Both the position numbers and the translations under genes were made by a program. From the NCBI GenBank assembly GCA_013289085.1, contig JABDAR010000004.1:5184-69183 (forward strand): 64,000 nucleotides of DNA, given 5' to 3'. Positions 44,881 through 54,634 of the stretch are shown here, one piece after another (within the stretch, counting starts at the first letter, position 1; each line of letters opens with the position of its first letter). This DNA is from Gammaproteobacteria bacterium. GTDB lineage: Bacteria; Pseudomonadota; Gammaproteobacteria; JABCZS01. The notes under the pieces are model-generated. The model did no database searches and was not told the origin of the DNA. It saw only the letters and a program-made list of their open reading frames with translations.

Positions 44881-47223
44881 ATGCCAGCGAAGCAAAACGA
44901 CCTTGAAACCATTAAAAAGCTAAAGGAAAATTTTTATCAATTTTCTCAAGAGATTATAGAAAAATATTACCTTAAACCCTTAAGCAAGGATACTCATGGT
45001 TTAGATTTAACACCGCGAAAAAAGGACAATCTAAAAGATGGCGTATTAGAGCGCTTAGTACATGGGGGCATGCATGTGGGCCGAGCACAATTTTGGGTCA
45101 CTATTTTGCATAAAGAACTCAAAAAAATATTGCCTGATGAGATTCAAAATAACCTTACACATTTATCAGCACAATTGGGACTGAGTGAGGATCAAATCAT
45201 CACTCTGATCTGCTATGTCGCTTTATTCCATGACAGTGCGCGCCAACATGAAGCACAGGATGAGTGGGATAAGGAAAGTGCACAAAACGCTAAGGCATTT
45301 TTTGAAGCGCAAGGCTTAAGCACAGAATTAGCAGATATTTTTTCACAAGCAGCTGCATTAAAAAACAAGCCTGAAGAGTTTGGAAAATTATTTCCCGATT
45401 TCCAATACATTCGAGAACTCGTTTACCTTGCCGATTGCTTTGAGATCATGCGTTGTAGCGGTTGTTTTAGTTTAAAGGAAACCTTACGCGGTTTTAGTGA
45501 GGAAAAGCATGGAATATTGACTCCAATATTTATTGACATCGCAAAACAAATATACCAATTGCTGCGTGTACAAGAAGATATGTTAGAACCTTGCGTGATT
45601 GTGCTCCCAAATAATCAAAAGATAGATTTAAATGACGGTAAAAGTCACTTTAGTATTGCTAAAAAAATAAAGTTTGAACATGCAGATAATGTGTGTTCAG
45701 TCCTGTGTGAATCTATCAAAACACATACACGATTTGCGCCTTACTTAGCAGATGAAGCTTTATTGTCTACTGAGCTCTCGAAGATTACACCCGCATTTAA
45801 TCCTTATATTCACGGCACAAATTCCAGTATTTTTTCTCTTTTAAAACGTACAAAAGGCAGAATGATGCCCACTTTAGATTTATTAAATGAAGGCATTGCA
45901 CCCATGACGGGTGAAATTGAAAATGTATACGGTGGTGGTGGTATCGCCGCTTCTTTAGAAGCAGAAAGCCACCTTTGCTTTGGGCGTCTCGATTGCGCAG
46001 GTCATAACGTATACAATTTTAGCCGAGTTTCTTTGTATGCTGATACTAAATCCCGCACCTCCAGTCTTGAGGCAGCGGCGAGCAATGCACTATATTATTG
46101 TGAGGAATATATTTCCCCAGGTTTAAAAAATTGTTTTGAAAAAATAAATGGTATTTTAGTATACGTTGGAAGAGCAAAACAACTTGGCATAGAAGCATTT
46201 GAAAAAAAATCTTATCAAAGATTTAAAATCGAGTTTAATGCGCTTATACAACTGTATTACTTGTATCTATTAATCGATACGCATATTCATCCTAAATTTA
46301 ATATGGTTGAAATTGAAAAAAGTGATAAAGATTTATTTTATGAGATCGTTAGCTCTTTTGATGCGCACTTAACCTATGAAAAATTAATCGAAAAAATCAT
46401 AGAAAGTAAATTGAACATTAAAGATATTTATGCAAATCCTACACAGGAAGGGTTACAACAAGTATTGGATTTATTGAAGTTTCCAGCTGAGGCGACCATC
46501 ACCATCAGTACAGGATGGGGGAGGTCACATATAGGAACCGTCACACTTAAGGCAGGACATCAGCAAATGTTTAGCTTGTCTGCCTCAGATTGGCAAGGAT
46601 CAAATGCTTATGATTACACGGCTTACAGGATGCAAAGTTTACTCTGTAGAAAATCTTCTGAAGACACCGAAGAATTTTTATCAAAAACCCTGTGGAAAAA
46701 TCGCAATATGGACCTCAAATTATTTAAAAATCTCGTGTTAGGTCGTATCAAAAAGCTAGAAGAAAAAATGGCTTTGCTAGAAAAAATATATATGGCGGAT
46801 AGTCAATCTGTAACATTCACCGCGCGTGAGAAAAGTTTTTTGATTAAGCCGTTCCCCGTTATTTTAGTGTGTAGTGACAGAGCAGATGGAAAAATTCATA
46901 TATCTAATCTTGGAAAACAAGAATACCTCGCTTATGAAACGCTCCAATTAGGCGAGGACATTGATATGATTGCAACAGATACGATAGAGCATCAGCATAT
47001 TATCATGACATTTCTAAAAGAAAATAATATTGATAATGTACAAGTCGTTTTAATGAAGCAATTAGAGCAAAGTCTAAGCGATCATGCCAAACCCGCACCT
47101 TTGGTATCCAATATACCCATCCTGGTGTCGTCTATTGCTATGGGTGTGGCAGGGACATCTAGTGTTACTGAGGAAAACAGGATGAATATTCCTTTGCTTG
47201 TGGATAAAAAATCTGTAAAATAG
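44881..47223 (+). CDS. Large (780 aa) orphan protein with an N-terminal HD-superfamily-like motif pattern; effector candidate
   Basis: HGGMHVGRAQ, then about 50 aa, then VALFHDSARQHE, then LVYLADCFEIMR. This follows the H...HD...D spacing of HD phosphohydrolases. The rest is unrecognised. Confidence 0.5.
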   Translation: MPAKQNDLETIKKLKENFYQFSQEIIEKYYLKPLSKDTHGLDLTPRKKDNLKDGVLERLVHGGMHVGRAQFWVTILHKELKKILPDEIQNNLTHLSAQLGLSEDQIITLICYVALFHDSARQHEAQDEWDKESAQNAKAFFEAQGLSTELADIFSQAAALKNKPEEFGKLFPDFQYIRELVYLADCFEIMRCSGCFSLKETLRGFSEEKHGILTPIFIDIAKQIYQLLRVQEDMLEPCVIVLPNNQKIDLNDGKSHFSIAKKIKFEHADNVCSVLCESIKTHTRFAPYLADEALLSTELSKITPAFNPYIHGTNSSIFSLLKRTKGRMMPTLDLLNEGIAPMTGEIENVYGGGGIAASLEAESHLCFGRLDCAGHNVYNFSRVSLYADTKSRTSSLEAAASNALYYCEEYISPGLKNCFEKINGILVYVGRAKQLGIEAFEKKSYQRFKIEFNALIQLYYLYLLIDTHIHPKFNMVEIEKSDKDLFYEIVSSFDAHLTYEKLIEKIIESKLNIKDIYANPTQEGLQQVLDLLKFPAEATITISTGWGRSHIGTVTLKAGHQQMFSLSASDWQGSNAYDYTAYRMQSLLCRKSSEDTEEFLSKTLWKNRNMDLKLFKNLVLGRIKKLEEKMALLEKIYMADSQSVTFTAREKSFLIKPFPVILVCSDRADGKIHISNLGKQEYLAYETLQLGEDIDMIATDTIEHQHIIMTFLKENNIDNVQVVLMKQLEQSLSDHAKPAPLVSNIPILVSSIAMGVAGTSSVTEENRMNIPLLVDKKSVK

Positions 47224-47271
47224 GTCGGTAAACAGGTTTTCATAGTTAGCTATTTAAATAAGAGGATTGTT

Positions 47272-47538
47272 ATGGTTAGTATTCGTTTATCTCGCAGTGG
47301 GGCTAAAAAGCGTCCATTTTACCGTATTGTGGTGATTGATAGCCGCAAGCGTCGTGATGGTCGTTATATTGAAAAATTAGGCTTTTTTAACCCGATTGCA
47401 CAAGGTGCTGCTGAACGTTTAAAGTTAAATTTAGATAGAATGGAACATTGGATTTCTGTAGGCGCTCAAGCGTCTAAGCGTGTGTCTGAATTGGCTAGAG
47501 AAGCAAAACGCCAGCCTGCTGAACAAAAGGCCGCATGA
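47272..47538 (+). CDS. rpsP: 30S ribosomal protein S16
   Basis: [41 protein letters not shown]. Confidence 0.95.
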   Translation: MVSIRLSRSGAKKRPFYRIVVIDSRKRRDGRYIEKLGFFNPIAQGAAERLKLNLDRMEHWISVGAQASKRVSELAREAKRQPAEQKAA

Positions 47539-48029
47539 TTGAACTTGGAAGAATTACCGGATTATTCGGTATTCACGGTTGGTTAAAAGTGGAATCTTAT
47601 ACAGATCCACGAGAGAATATCTTAAATTACCAGCCTTGGGCCATAAAATTGAAGAATCAGCCTTTACAACATGTAATGGTTGAAAACAGTGAAAACCATG
47701 CCAAAGGCTTGGTGGTTCACTTAAAAGGTTTTGAAAGTATGGAAACTGCCCGTGGCCTTATAGGTGCACGGATTAATGTTGATAGGGAGAAATTACCAAA
47801 GTTACCAGAGGGACAATATTACTGGACCGATCTAGAAGGACTCGAAGTGGTCACAATAGCAGGTGTAAGTTTAGGCAAGGTCGCTTATTTATTTGATACA
47901 CCGGCTAATGATGTTTTAGTCGTTAAAGGTGATAGAGAGCGGTTTATTCCATACCTACCCGGAAATGTGGTGAAGCACGTTGATCTATCTAAGAAAATAA
48001 TGCAGGTTGATTGGGACCCGGAGTTTTAA
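47535..48029 (+). CDS. rimM: 16S rRNA processing protein RimM
   Basis: [16 protein letters not shown], with a PRC-barrel C-terminus. Located between rpsP and trmD. Confidence 0.9.
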   Translation: MIELGRITGLFGIHGWLKVESYTDPRENILNYQPWAIKLKNQPLQHVMVENSENHAKGLVVHLKGFESMETARGLIGARINVDREKLPKLPEGQYYWTDLEGLEVVTIAGVSLGKVAYLFDTPANDVLVVKGDRERFIPYLPGNVVKHVDLSKKIMQVDWDPEF

Positions 48030-48030
48030 T

Positions 48031-48801
48031 ATGTTGCGCTTTGATGTCATAACTTTGTTTCCAGAAATGTTTAATGCACTGACTGATGCCGGTATTTCTG
48101 GTCGTGCAATTAGAAATCGTTTAGCGATGGTGAATTATTGGAATCCGCGTGATTACGCGGATGATAGACATCACACTGTAGATGATAAAACATACGGTGG
48201 TGGTCCTGGAATGGTGATGAAAGCTGAACCTTTGCGTGATGCGATTTTAGCAGCGCAAGATGCGAGTTGTTTAGAACCTTCCAAGGTGATTTATTTAAGC
48301 CCACAGGGCGCTTGTTTAACGCAAGCAAAAGTGCGGGAATTAACAACGTGCGGGCAATTGATTTTAATTGCCGGACGTTATGAAGGAATTGATGAGCGTG
48401 TTGTCACGCGTTATGTGGATGAAGAAATATCCATAGGAGATTATGTATTAAGTGGCGGCGAATTGGCTGCTATGGTGGTGATGGATGCGGTGATTCGCTT
48501 ATTACCTGGTGCATTACATTCTGAGCAATCTGCATTGCAAGATTCGTTTAGTAATTCACTATTGGATCATCCGCATTATACACGGCCAGAAATATTTGAA
48601 GGACAACGTATTCCGGGTGTATTGGCAAGTGGCAATCATGATGAAGTGCGTAAATGGCGCTTGCAACAAGCTTTGGGACGGACTTGGTTACGTAAGCCAA
48701 GTTTGTTGAAAAATATGCGTATGGATCCGGAGCAACAAATTCTATTGCGTGAATTTATTCATGCATATGAAAAGAATCCGACTAATTTTAACGAAGAGTA
48801 A
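48031..48801 (+). CDS. trmD: tRNA (guanine37-N1)-methyltransferase
   Basis: [46 protein letters not shown] 48031 is preferred over the upstream start that overlaps rimM. Confidence 0.95.
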   Translation: MLRFDVITLFPEMFNALTDAGISGRAIRNRLAMVNYWNPRDYADDRHHTVDDKTYGGGPGMVMKAEPLRDAILAAQDASCLEPSKVIYLSPQGACLTQAKVRELTTCGQLILIAGRYEGIDERVVTRYVDEEISIGDYVLSGGELAAMVVMDAVIRLLPGALHSEQSALQDSFSNSLLDHPHYTRPEIFEGQRIPGVLASGNHDEVRKWRLQQALGRTWLRKPSLLKNMRMDPEQQILLREFIHAYEKNPTNFNEE

Positions 48802-48812
48802 GGGAGCATTAA

Positions 48813-49208
48813 ATGAATATTATTGATCAAATTGAAAAAGAACAAATGCGCGATGACATTCCAGCGTTTTCACCAGGTGATACCGTTGTGGTGCAAGTGC
48901 GCGTGATTGAAGCGACCAGCGAAAGACAGCAAGCATTTGAAGGCGTTGTAATCGCTAAGCGTAATCGTGGTTTAAACTCATCTTTTACGGTACGGAAAAT
49001 ATCTTATGGTGAAGGTGTTGAGCGGACTTTTCAAACTCACAGTCGTATGATTCACAGTATTGAAGTGAAAAGAACGGGTGATGTACGTAGTGCTAAATTG
49101 TATTATTTACGTGATCGTACGGGTAAAGCTGCACGTATTAAAGAAAAATTGGTTAACAAAAATAAAGGCGTACAAGCTGCTGCTGCAGTGCAAGATACTG
49201 CTGAATAA
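48813..49208 (+). CDS. rplS: 50S ribosomal protein L19
   Basis: [58 protein letters not shown]. Confidence 0.95.
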   Translation: MNIIDQIEKEQMRDDIPAFSPGDTVVVQVRVIEATSERQQAFEGVVIAKRNRGLNSSFTVRKISYGEGVERTFQTHSRMIHSIEVKRTGDVRSAKLYYLRDRTGKAARIKEKLVNKNKGVQAAAAVQDTAE

Positions 49209-49213
49209 TTTAG

Positions 49214-49368
49214 TTTTCCCCCTCACCCGGAGCTAAGGCTCCGGCCTCTCCCCCAAGGGGGCGAGGCAACTTATTACACAGGTTATTGTGTATAGCTCCC
49301 TCTCCCACGTTGCAATAATAGCGACAAGATAATATCTCACAGTGGGAGAGGGTTGGGGTGAGGGAAAA
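49214..49368. repeat. Family B palindromic element (MITE-like), copy 2
   Basis: The termini ttttccccctcaccc... and ...gtgggagagggttggggtgagggaaaa are inverted and match the copy-1 termini. Internal hairpins ggagctaaggctcc and cctctcccccaagggggcgagg. Confidence 0.8.
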
Positions 49369-49383
49369 CAATGGAACACAATC

Positions 49384-50553
49384 ATGGACACAACCCCAGT
49401 CATTTTTTACATTTTCCTTATTTTCTTTGGGGCATCTATTCTTGCAACTATTGCGTTATACACGCGACAATCTTTAATCGTTGCTTATATTGCTTTGGGC
49501 GTTATTATTGGTCCCTTTGGCCTACAATGGGTCGATGATCCCGCATTAATTTCTCATATCTCTGACATCGGCATTATATTTTTATTATTTTTATTAGGTC
49601 TAAATCTTGATCCCAAAGATCTCATCCGCCTATTAAAAAACACCACTTGGATTACTCTTATTAGCTCATCCATATTCGCTCTGGTCGGTTTTGGCATTGC
49701 GATCTATTTTGGCTTTAATATGGTTGAATCATTGCTAGTCGGGGCTGCAATGATGTTTTCAAGTACTATTATTGGCTTAAAATTATTGCCTACCACGGTA
49801 TTGCATCATCAGCACACAGGTCAAATTGTCATTAGTATTCTATTGTTGCAAGATTTAATTGCTATCGTTGTCATGTTGCTCATCAATGCCGCCGGCGGCC
49901 CCGGCTTAAGTGTCTGGGAAATTGTTCAAATTACAATTGCTTTGCCTTTGTTAAGCGCATTTTGTTATTTCTTTGAACGCTATGTATTAACCAAGCTCAT
50001 TGCGCGCTTTGATAAAATCCAAGAGTTTATTTTCTTAATTGCCATTGGCTGGTGTTTAGCCATTGCAGAATTAGCACATAGCATTCATCTATCTCACGAA
50101 ATCGGTGCTTTTATTGCAGGTGTTGCCATTGCAAGTGGTCCCATTGCATTATTTATTTCTGAGAGTTTAAAACCATTACGAGATTTTTTCTTAGTGTTAT
50201 TTTTCTTTTCCTTAGGCGCAGGATTTAATTTACACGTAGTAGGGGAAATATTATTACCTGCAACAATACTCGCTACATTGATGTTGATTATTAAACCATT
50301 TGTTTTTTCATTTTTACTCAAACGTACCGAAGAAATTAAAAGTCAATCGTTTGAAATCGGCGTACGCCTAGGTCAAGTCAGCGAATTTTCACTATTAGTC
50401 GCATATGTAGCCCACGAGAATCAAGTAGTAGGCGATCCCATTTATTATCTCATCCAAACCACCACTATATTCACATTTATTGTTTCATCATATGTTATCG
50501 TAATGAAATATCCAACCCCTATAGCCATGTCAGATAAATTGCGCCGAGATTAG
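49384..50553 (+). CDS. Cation:proton antiporter (CPA2 / Kef-type Na+/H+ exchanger family), no KTN domain
   Basis: About 12 TM helices. LGVIIGPFGL, GIIFLLFLLGLNLD and EIGAFIAGVAIA are typical of Na_H_Exchanger domains. ATG 49384 (MDTTPVIFY) is chosen because the upstream 14 codons (MGEGWGEGKQWNTI) are read from the repeat. Confidence 0.78.
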   Translation: MDTTPVIFYIFLIFFGASILATIALYTRQSLIVAYIALGVIIGPFGLQWVDDPALISHISDIGIIFLLFLLGLNLDPKDLIRLLKNTTWITLISSSIFALVGFGIAIYFGFNMVESLLVGAAMMFSSTIIGLKLLPTTVLHHQHTGQIVISILLLQDLIAIVVMLLINAAGGPGLSVWEIVQITIALPLLSAFCYFFERYVLTKLIARFDKIQEFIFLIAIGWCLAIAELAHSIHLSHEIGAFIAGVAIASGPIALFISESLKPLRDFFLVLFFFSLGAGFNLHVVGEILLPATILATLMLIIKPFVFSFLLKRTEEIKSQSFEIGVRLGQVSEFSLLVAYVAHENQVVGDPIYYLIQTTTIFTFIVSSYVIVMKYPTPIAMSDKLRRD

Positions 50554-50573
50554 ATTCACACCTTCGTGCAAGA

Positions 50574-51767
50574 TTATATAACTAATTGCAACTGCGTGCG
50601 CAGAACCCATTGGCCGGAATGTTCGGTTTCGCGCCAGCCGTCTATGGTATCTTCCCAGATGGCATCAACACCAGTGAATGCGTAACCTAAGTCTGCAGTT
50701 AATTTGAGATGTTTTGGATCGATATAATAATTTGCGCCTGCGGTTAATAGGCTGAGATTTTCTTTTTCTTGACCATTACCCCATTCATAACGCGTAAACA
50801 ATTCTACAATATCTTGCTGTGGATCAACATATAGACCGCCTTGGGCAACAGCGCCATAAACCGTGGGATCATCACTCAATTGATCTTTGTTTGCACCCAA
50901 CATTGCAAATGTACTCCAGCCGCTGCCTAAAAAACTGACATCCACTGTTGCTGTAGTAAATTCTTGATCCTGAAAACTAGTATTGTTATTGCGTTGGTAA
51001 CCAAAACCCGCGCCTAACAATAAACCGGTTTCATTATCACTCGGTGAATTATAATCACGTAATTCCTCCCAGCTACCAAAAGGTTTATATTCTAAACGCG
51101 TAAGAAAAGCATACGTAGTACCGTTTTGGAATTCTTCATCATTAATATTTTGTTCTTCATTAGCCGTCGGCTCAAAATAACCATTGTTTGCAGATACAGT
51201 TAATTTAATAGGACCTTGTTCTGTGCCTGCCAAAATACCATTCGTATCTTTTACAGAAAAATATTGTCCAACTATAGAGCGCTCAACGGCTAATTGACGT
51301 GTAGTTGAAATTAAAAACTCACGAAATAAAGGTACATTAAATTGACCGACTTGCATCCAGGTATCTGGGGTAAACGCTTTCGCAATATATCCTTCATCTA
51401 CCGCAAATGTACCATTGGGACCGGCAAGCATGCCCATCGTATAATGCCATGATTCATCAATAAAATGCCCGGTAAAAAACAATTTAGTACGCGCATTTTC
51501 AAAGCGTTGATAATCACTCAATCCTTCTACGGATGAATAAAGATATCGTGCTTGCAAAGCACCATTAAATTTTAATGAAAAGGTATTATCGTGATTGTGA
51601 ATATAAAAGCCATCATCATAACCATACATTTTATCTGCAGGTAATGCATGTTCGCCTTCAGCAGGAGGCGGATGGGCTTCATCTGGGAAGTCCATCGCCT
51701 CATCTTTGCTTATTGCAAATGCAGAACAAGAACACAAAATACAAAATAATGCCAAGGTTGATTTCAT
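50574..51767 (-). CDS. Putative outer-membrane porin (phosphate-selective porin O/P-like), paralog A
   Basis: Signal MKSTLALFCILCSCSAFA. FSLKFNGALQARYLY, RTKLFFTGHF, and VGQFNVPLFREFLISTTRQLAVERSI, which resembles the iGqfK.Pfs.e...s...l.f.ERs motif of Porin_O_P. Confidence 0.6.
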   Translation of the reverse strand: MKSTLALFCILCSCSAFAISKDEAMDFPDEAHPPPAEGEHALPADKMYGYDDGFYIHNHDNTFSLKFNGALQARYLYSSVEGLSDYQRFENARTKLFFTGHFIDESWHYTMGMLAGPNGTFAVDEGYIAKAFTPDTWMQVGQFNVPLFREFLISTTRQLAVERSIVGQYFSVKDTNGILAGTEQGPIKLTVSANNGYFEPTANEEQNINDEEFQNGTTYAFLTRLEYKPFGSWEELRDYNSPSDNETGLLLGAGFGYQRNNNTSFQDQEFTTATVDVSFLGSGWSTFAMLGANKDQLSDDPTVYGAVAQGGLYVDPQQDIVELFTRYEWGNGQEKENLSLLTAGANYYIDPKHLKLTADLGYAFTGVDAIWEDTIDGWRETEHSGQWVLRTQLQLVI

Positions 51768-51773
51768 TAAATA

Positions 51774-53060
51774 TTAAATCACCAATTGTAACTGCGCGCG
51801 ACCTACATATTGACCACTGGTATTGCTGGTTCTCCAGCCATCTGTGGTATTTGCCCAGTTTCCACCAATGGCGGTGAAAGCATAACCAAAGTCAGCAGAT
51901 AATTTTAAGTGTCTTGGGTAAATATAATAATTTGCACCGGCAGTTAAAATGCTGAGATCATCATTCTCTGGATAAATAAAATCTTCATGTGAGCCAGAAT
52001 TACCCCATTCATAACGTGAAAATAATTCAACCGTATCAAGATCTTCATCCACAAATAAACCACCTTGAATTTGCGCACCGTAAGAAGATCCTGCATCATT
52101 TTCAAGATCTTGTGTCACAGCACCCATCGCAAAAGTACTCCAACCACTGCCTTGGAAGCTGACATCGATAGTAGCTGAAGCTTCTTCAATATCTGCATTA
52201 TCGTTATCACGCTGATACGCACCGGCAACACCGATGAGTAAACCCATATCATTTTCGCCAAATGAATTAAAGCCGCGGAATTCTTCCCATTCACCTAAAG
52301 GTTTAAATTCAAGGCGGGTTATGAAAGAATAACTTTGACCATTTTGGAAATTATGATCAACAACATCTTGATTTTCATCTGTTTCATCTGGATATGAATC
52401 ATGTGCAAAATAACCATTGGTCGCTGCGGCTTCCCATTTTACTGAATCATTTTCAGCACCGTATAAAATACCTGTTGAATTATTGGTCGAGAAATATTTT
52501 GAAACTAAAGAGCGTTCAACCGTTAATTGACGAGTGCTTGAAATTAAAGTTTCGCGCAAGAACGGTGTGGAGAATTGACCGACTTGCCCCCAGGTGTTTT
52601 CAGTAAATGCTTTAGCAATATACACATCATCCGCAGCAAAAGTACCGTCAGGACCTGCTTCAGTACCTAAAACATAAGTCCATGATTCATCAATAAAATG
52701 CCCAGTAAAATATAAATCAGTACGACGTAATTCAAACCGATAATAATTTTCGTTTTCAGGTTCAGGCACACTTTGTGCTTGTGAATAAATAAAACGGCCT
52801 TGTAACATACCGTTAAAAAATAGTGAGAACGTATTATCTGCATTGCGAATAAAAAATCCATCGTTATAACCAATACGTTCACTTAGAGGTAAAGGTTCAT
52901 CGTCTTCTTCTTCTTCGGGTGGATAATAAGGCTCATCCGGAAAATCCATTTCTTGATCTTGTTCATCTTCAGGTTCAATGGTATCAGTTGGAATTGCATA
53001 TGCAGGGAATGCAAAAATCAATGAACATAATGTGCTATAGAAAACTACAGTTGGTTTCAT
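51774..53060 (-). CDS. Putative outer-membrane porin (porin O/P-like), paralog B
   Basis: Signal MKPTVVFYSTLCSLIFAFPAYA. Collinear with paralog A (FTGHFIDESW, VGQFSTPFLRETLISSTRQLTVERSL, LTAGANYYI, LQLQLVI end). Confidence 0.6.
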   Translation of the reverse strand: MKPTVVFYSTLCSLIFAFPAYAIPTDTIEPEDEQDQEMDFPDEPYYPPEEEEDDEPLPLSERIGYNDGFFIRNADNTFSLFFNGMLQGRFIYSQAQSVPEPENENYYRFELRRTDLYFTGHFIDESWTYVLGTEAGPDGTFAADDVYIAKAFTENTWGQVGQFSTPFLRETLISSTRQLTVERSLVSKYFSTNNSTGILYGAENDSVKWEAAATNGYFAHDSYPDETDENQDVVDHNFQNGQSYSFITRLEFKPLGEWEEFRGFNSFGENDMGLLIGVAGAYQRDNDNADIEEASATIDVSFQGSGWSTFAMGAVTQDLENDAGSSYGAQIQGGLFVDEDLDTVELFSRYEWGNSGSHEDFIYPENDDLSILTAGANYYIYPRHLKLSADFGYAFTAIGGNWANTTDGWRTSNTSGQYVGRAQLQLVI

Positions 53061-53147
53061 AAATACATCCTTCTATTTTTTAAGGCGGCAAGAAGCCGAT
53101 ACGCTATCACTACAGACATTATTTTGTCAATGAGTTAGAATATTATT

Positions 53148-53702
53148 ATGAAAATAAACAATGCTTGGTTAGAAAATATTAAGAGAACTGTATCAGATAA
53201 TTTTGATGCAAGGCCTGCAGGTGTGGAAATTAACTTACTTGTAATTCATAACATCAGTTTGCCACCTGGTGAATTTGGTAACGGTAATATTGAAAAATTA
53301 TTTACGAATCAATTACTCGCGACAGCGCATCCATATTTTGCTACAATATTGCCATTAAAGGTTTCATCGCATGTATTGATTGACAGGGAAGGTGTGCTGA
53401 CCCAATTTGTCTCGTTTAATGATCGTGCATGGCATGCGGGTGTTTCTGAATTTCAGGGTCAACCCGCCTGTAACGATTATTCAATTGGTATAGAATTAGA
53501 AGGTACTGATAATACCGCCTATACTGACAAACAATATCAGGCATTGGCTGAATTGACTCGATGTTTAATGCAATATTATCCAGAAATTACTTTGGATCGC
53601 ATTAAAGGTCACAGCGATATTGCACCGGGGAGAAAAACCGATCCAGGTGTAGCATTTGATTGGGTATATTTTAGGACTTTGTTGCAACAAACTGAAAACT
53701 AG
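53148..53702 (+). CDS. ampD: 1,6-anhydro-N-acetylmuramyl-L-alanine amidase AmpD
   Basis: LLVIHNISLPPGEFG, SSHVLIDREG, RAWHAGVS, NDYSIGIELEG, IKGHSDIAPGRKTDPG. Confidence 0.9.
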   Translation: MKINNAWLENIKRTVSDNFDARPAGVEINLLVIHNISLPPGEFGNGNIEKLFTNQLLATAHPYFATILPLKVSSHVLIDREGVLTQFVSFNDRAWHAGVSEFQGQPACNDYSIGIELEGTDNTAYTDKQYQALAELTRCLMQYYPEITLDRIKGHSDIAPGRKTDPGVAFDWVYFRTLLQQTEN

Positions 53703-53711
53703 GGATGGATC

Positions 53712-54563
53712 ATGAAACTCACACTTCTTTTAGCATGTTTATGGCTTGATTATTATTTTGATACTGGCGCGCGCTTTCGTAATCAATCGTGGTTTGATTA
53801 CTATATACAACGTTTAAAATCTCTCTTTGGTAGTCATCCTAGCATTTGGGGCGGACCGATGTCACTTGTGGTGATATTAGTGCCGGTATTTATTATTGTG
53901 GCAGTGCTTTGGAGTATTGCTGCACGGTTTTCAGGTGTAGTTGAACTTGCCATTGGCTTTGTGGTGTTATGGTATTGTTTTGGTCCGACCAATTTACAAG
54001 AATCTCTAGTGCATTATTTGAAAAAAGATGCAGATGTTGCGGCAACAGAACAAGAAGTGAAAGCAGCAGCGGGTTCTTTAATTAATCCTCAAACGTTTCA
54101 CCGTAGTGTCACAGAACTTGTTTTTTGGCAAGCACATGAACGTTTCTTTGGCGTAATATTTTGGTTTTTAGTTTTAGGCCCAGTCGGTGCGTTGTTATAT
54201 CGCATGATCAGTTGGTTGCAAGAAAATGCTGCGCGCTTACAAGCCGAATTTTATCCTAATTTTTCTAATCATGTGCATCAGTTATATTGGCTAGCTGCCT
54301 GGGTCCCATCTCGTTTAGCCGCTTTAAGTTATACCTTGACCGGTAACTTTATGCCTGGATTTGATGTCTGGAAAAATGATTTAGTCAAAGGAAATCATTG
54401 TAAAGAAGTATTGGTTGATTCAGGTTTAGCTGCTTTAACTACCGAAAGTGCAGAACAAGCCACTCGTGAAGAAAACTTAAAAGCCCAAGCGGTTGTGCAA
54501 CGTGGATTATTAATCTGGGTATTAGTAGCTGCTGTAGCGACATTAGGTCACGCTTTTCTTTAG
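53712..54563 (+). CDS. ampE: AmpE-like regulatory inner-membrane protein
   Basis: Follows ampD. FWQAHERFFGVIFWFLVLGPVGALLYR and WLAAWVPSRLAALSYTLTGNF parallel segments of E. coli AmpE as I recall them. Confidence 0.75.
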   Translation: MKLTLLLACLWLDYYFDTGARFRNQSWFDYYIQRLKSLFGSHPSIWGGPMSLVVILVPVFIIVAVLWSIAARFSGVVELAIGFVVLWYCFGPTNLQESLVHYLKKDADVAATEQEVKAAAGSLINPQTFHRSVTELVFWQAHERFFGVIFWFLVLGPVGALLYRMISWLQENAARLQAEFYPNFSNHVHQLYWLAAWVPSRLAALSYTLTGNFMPGFDVWKNDLVKGNHCKEVLVDSGLAALTTESAEQATREENLKAQAVVQRGLLIWVLVAAVATLGHAFL

Positions 54564-54634
54564 GGTTACAACTCTAGCCTGTCAGTGTATACTAGGCAGG
54601 CTTAAAAGTTACCCGAAATTTAAAAGAGATTTAC

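Noticed and set aside
49342-49383. N-terminal extension MGEGWGEGKQWNTI on the antiporter ORF in the supplied track
   Set aside because: These codons are the right arm of the family B palindromic repeat (gtgggagagggttggggtgaggg). The hydrophobic protein begins naturally at ATG 49384.
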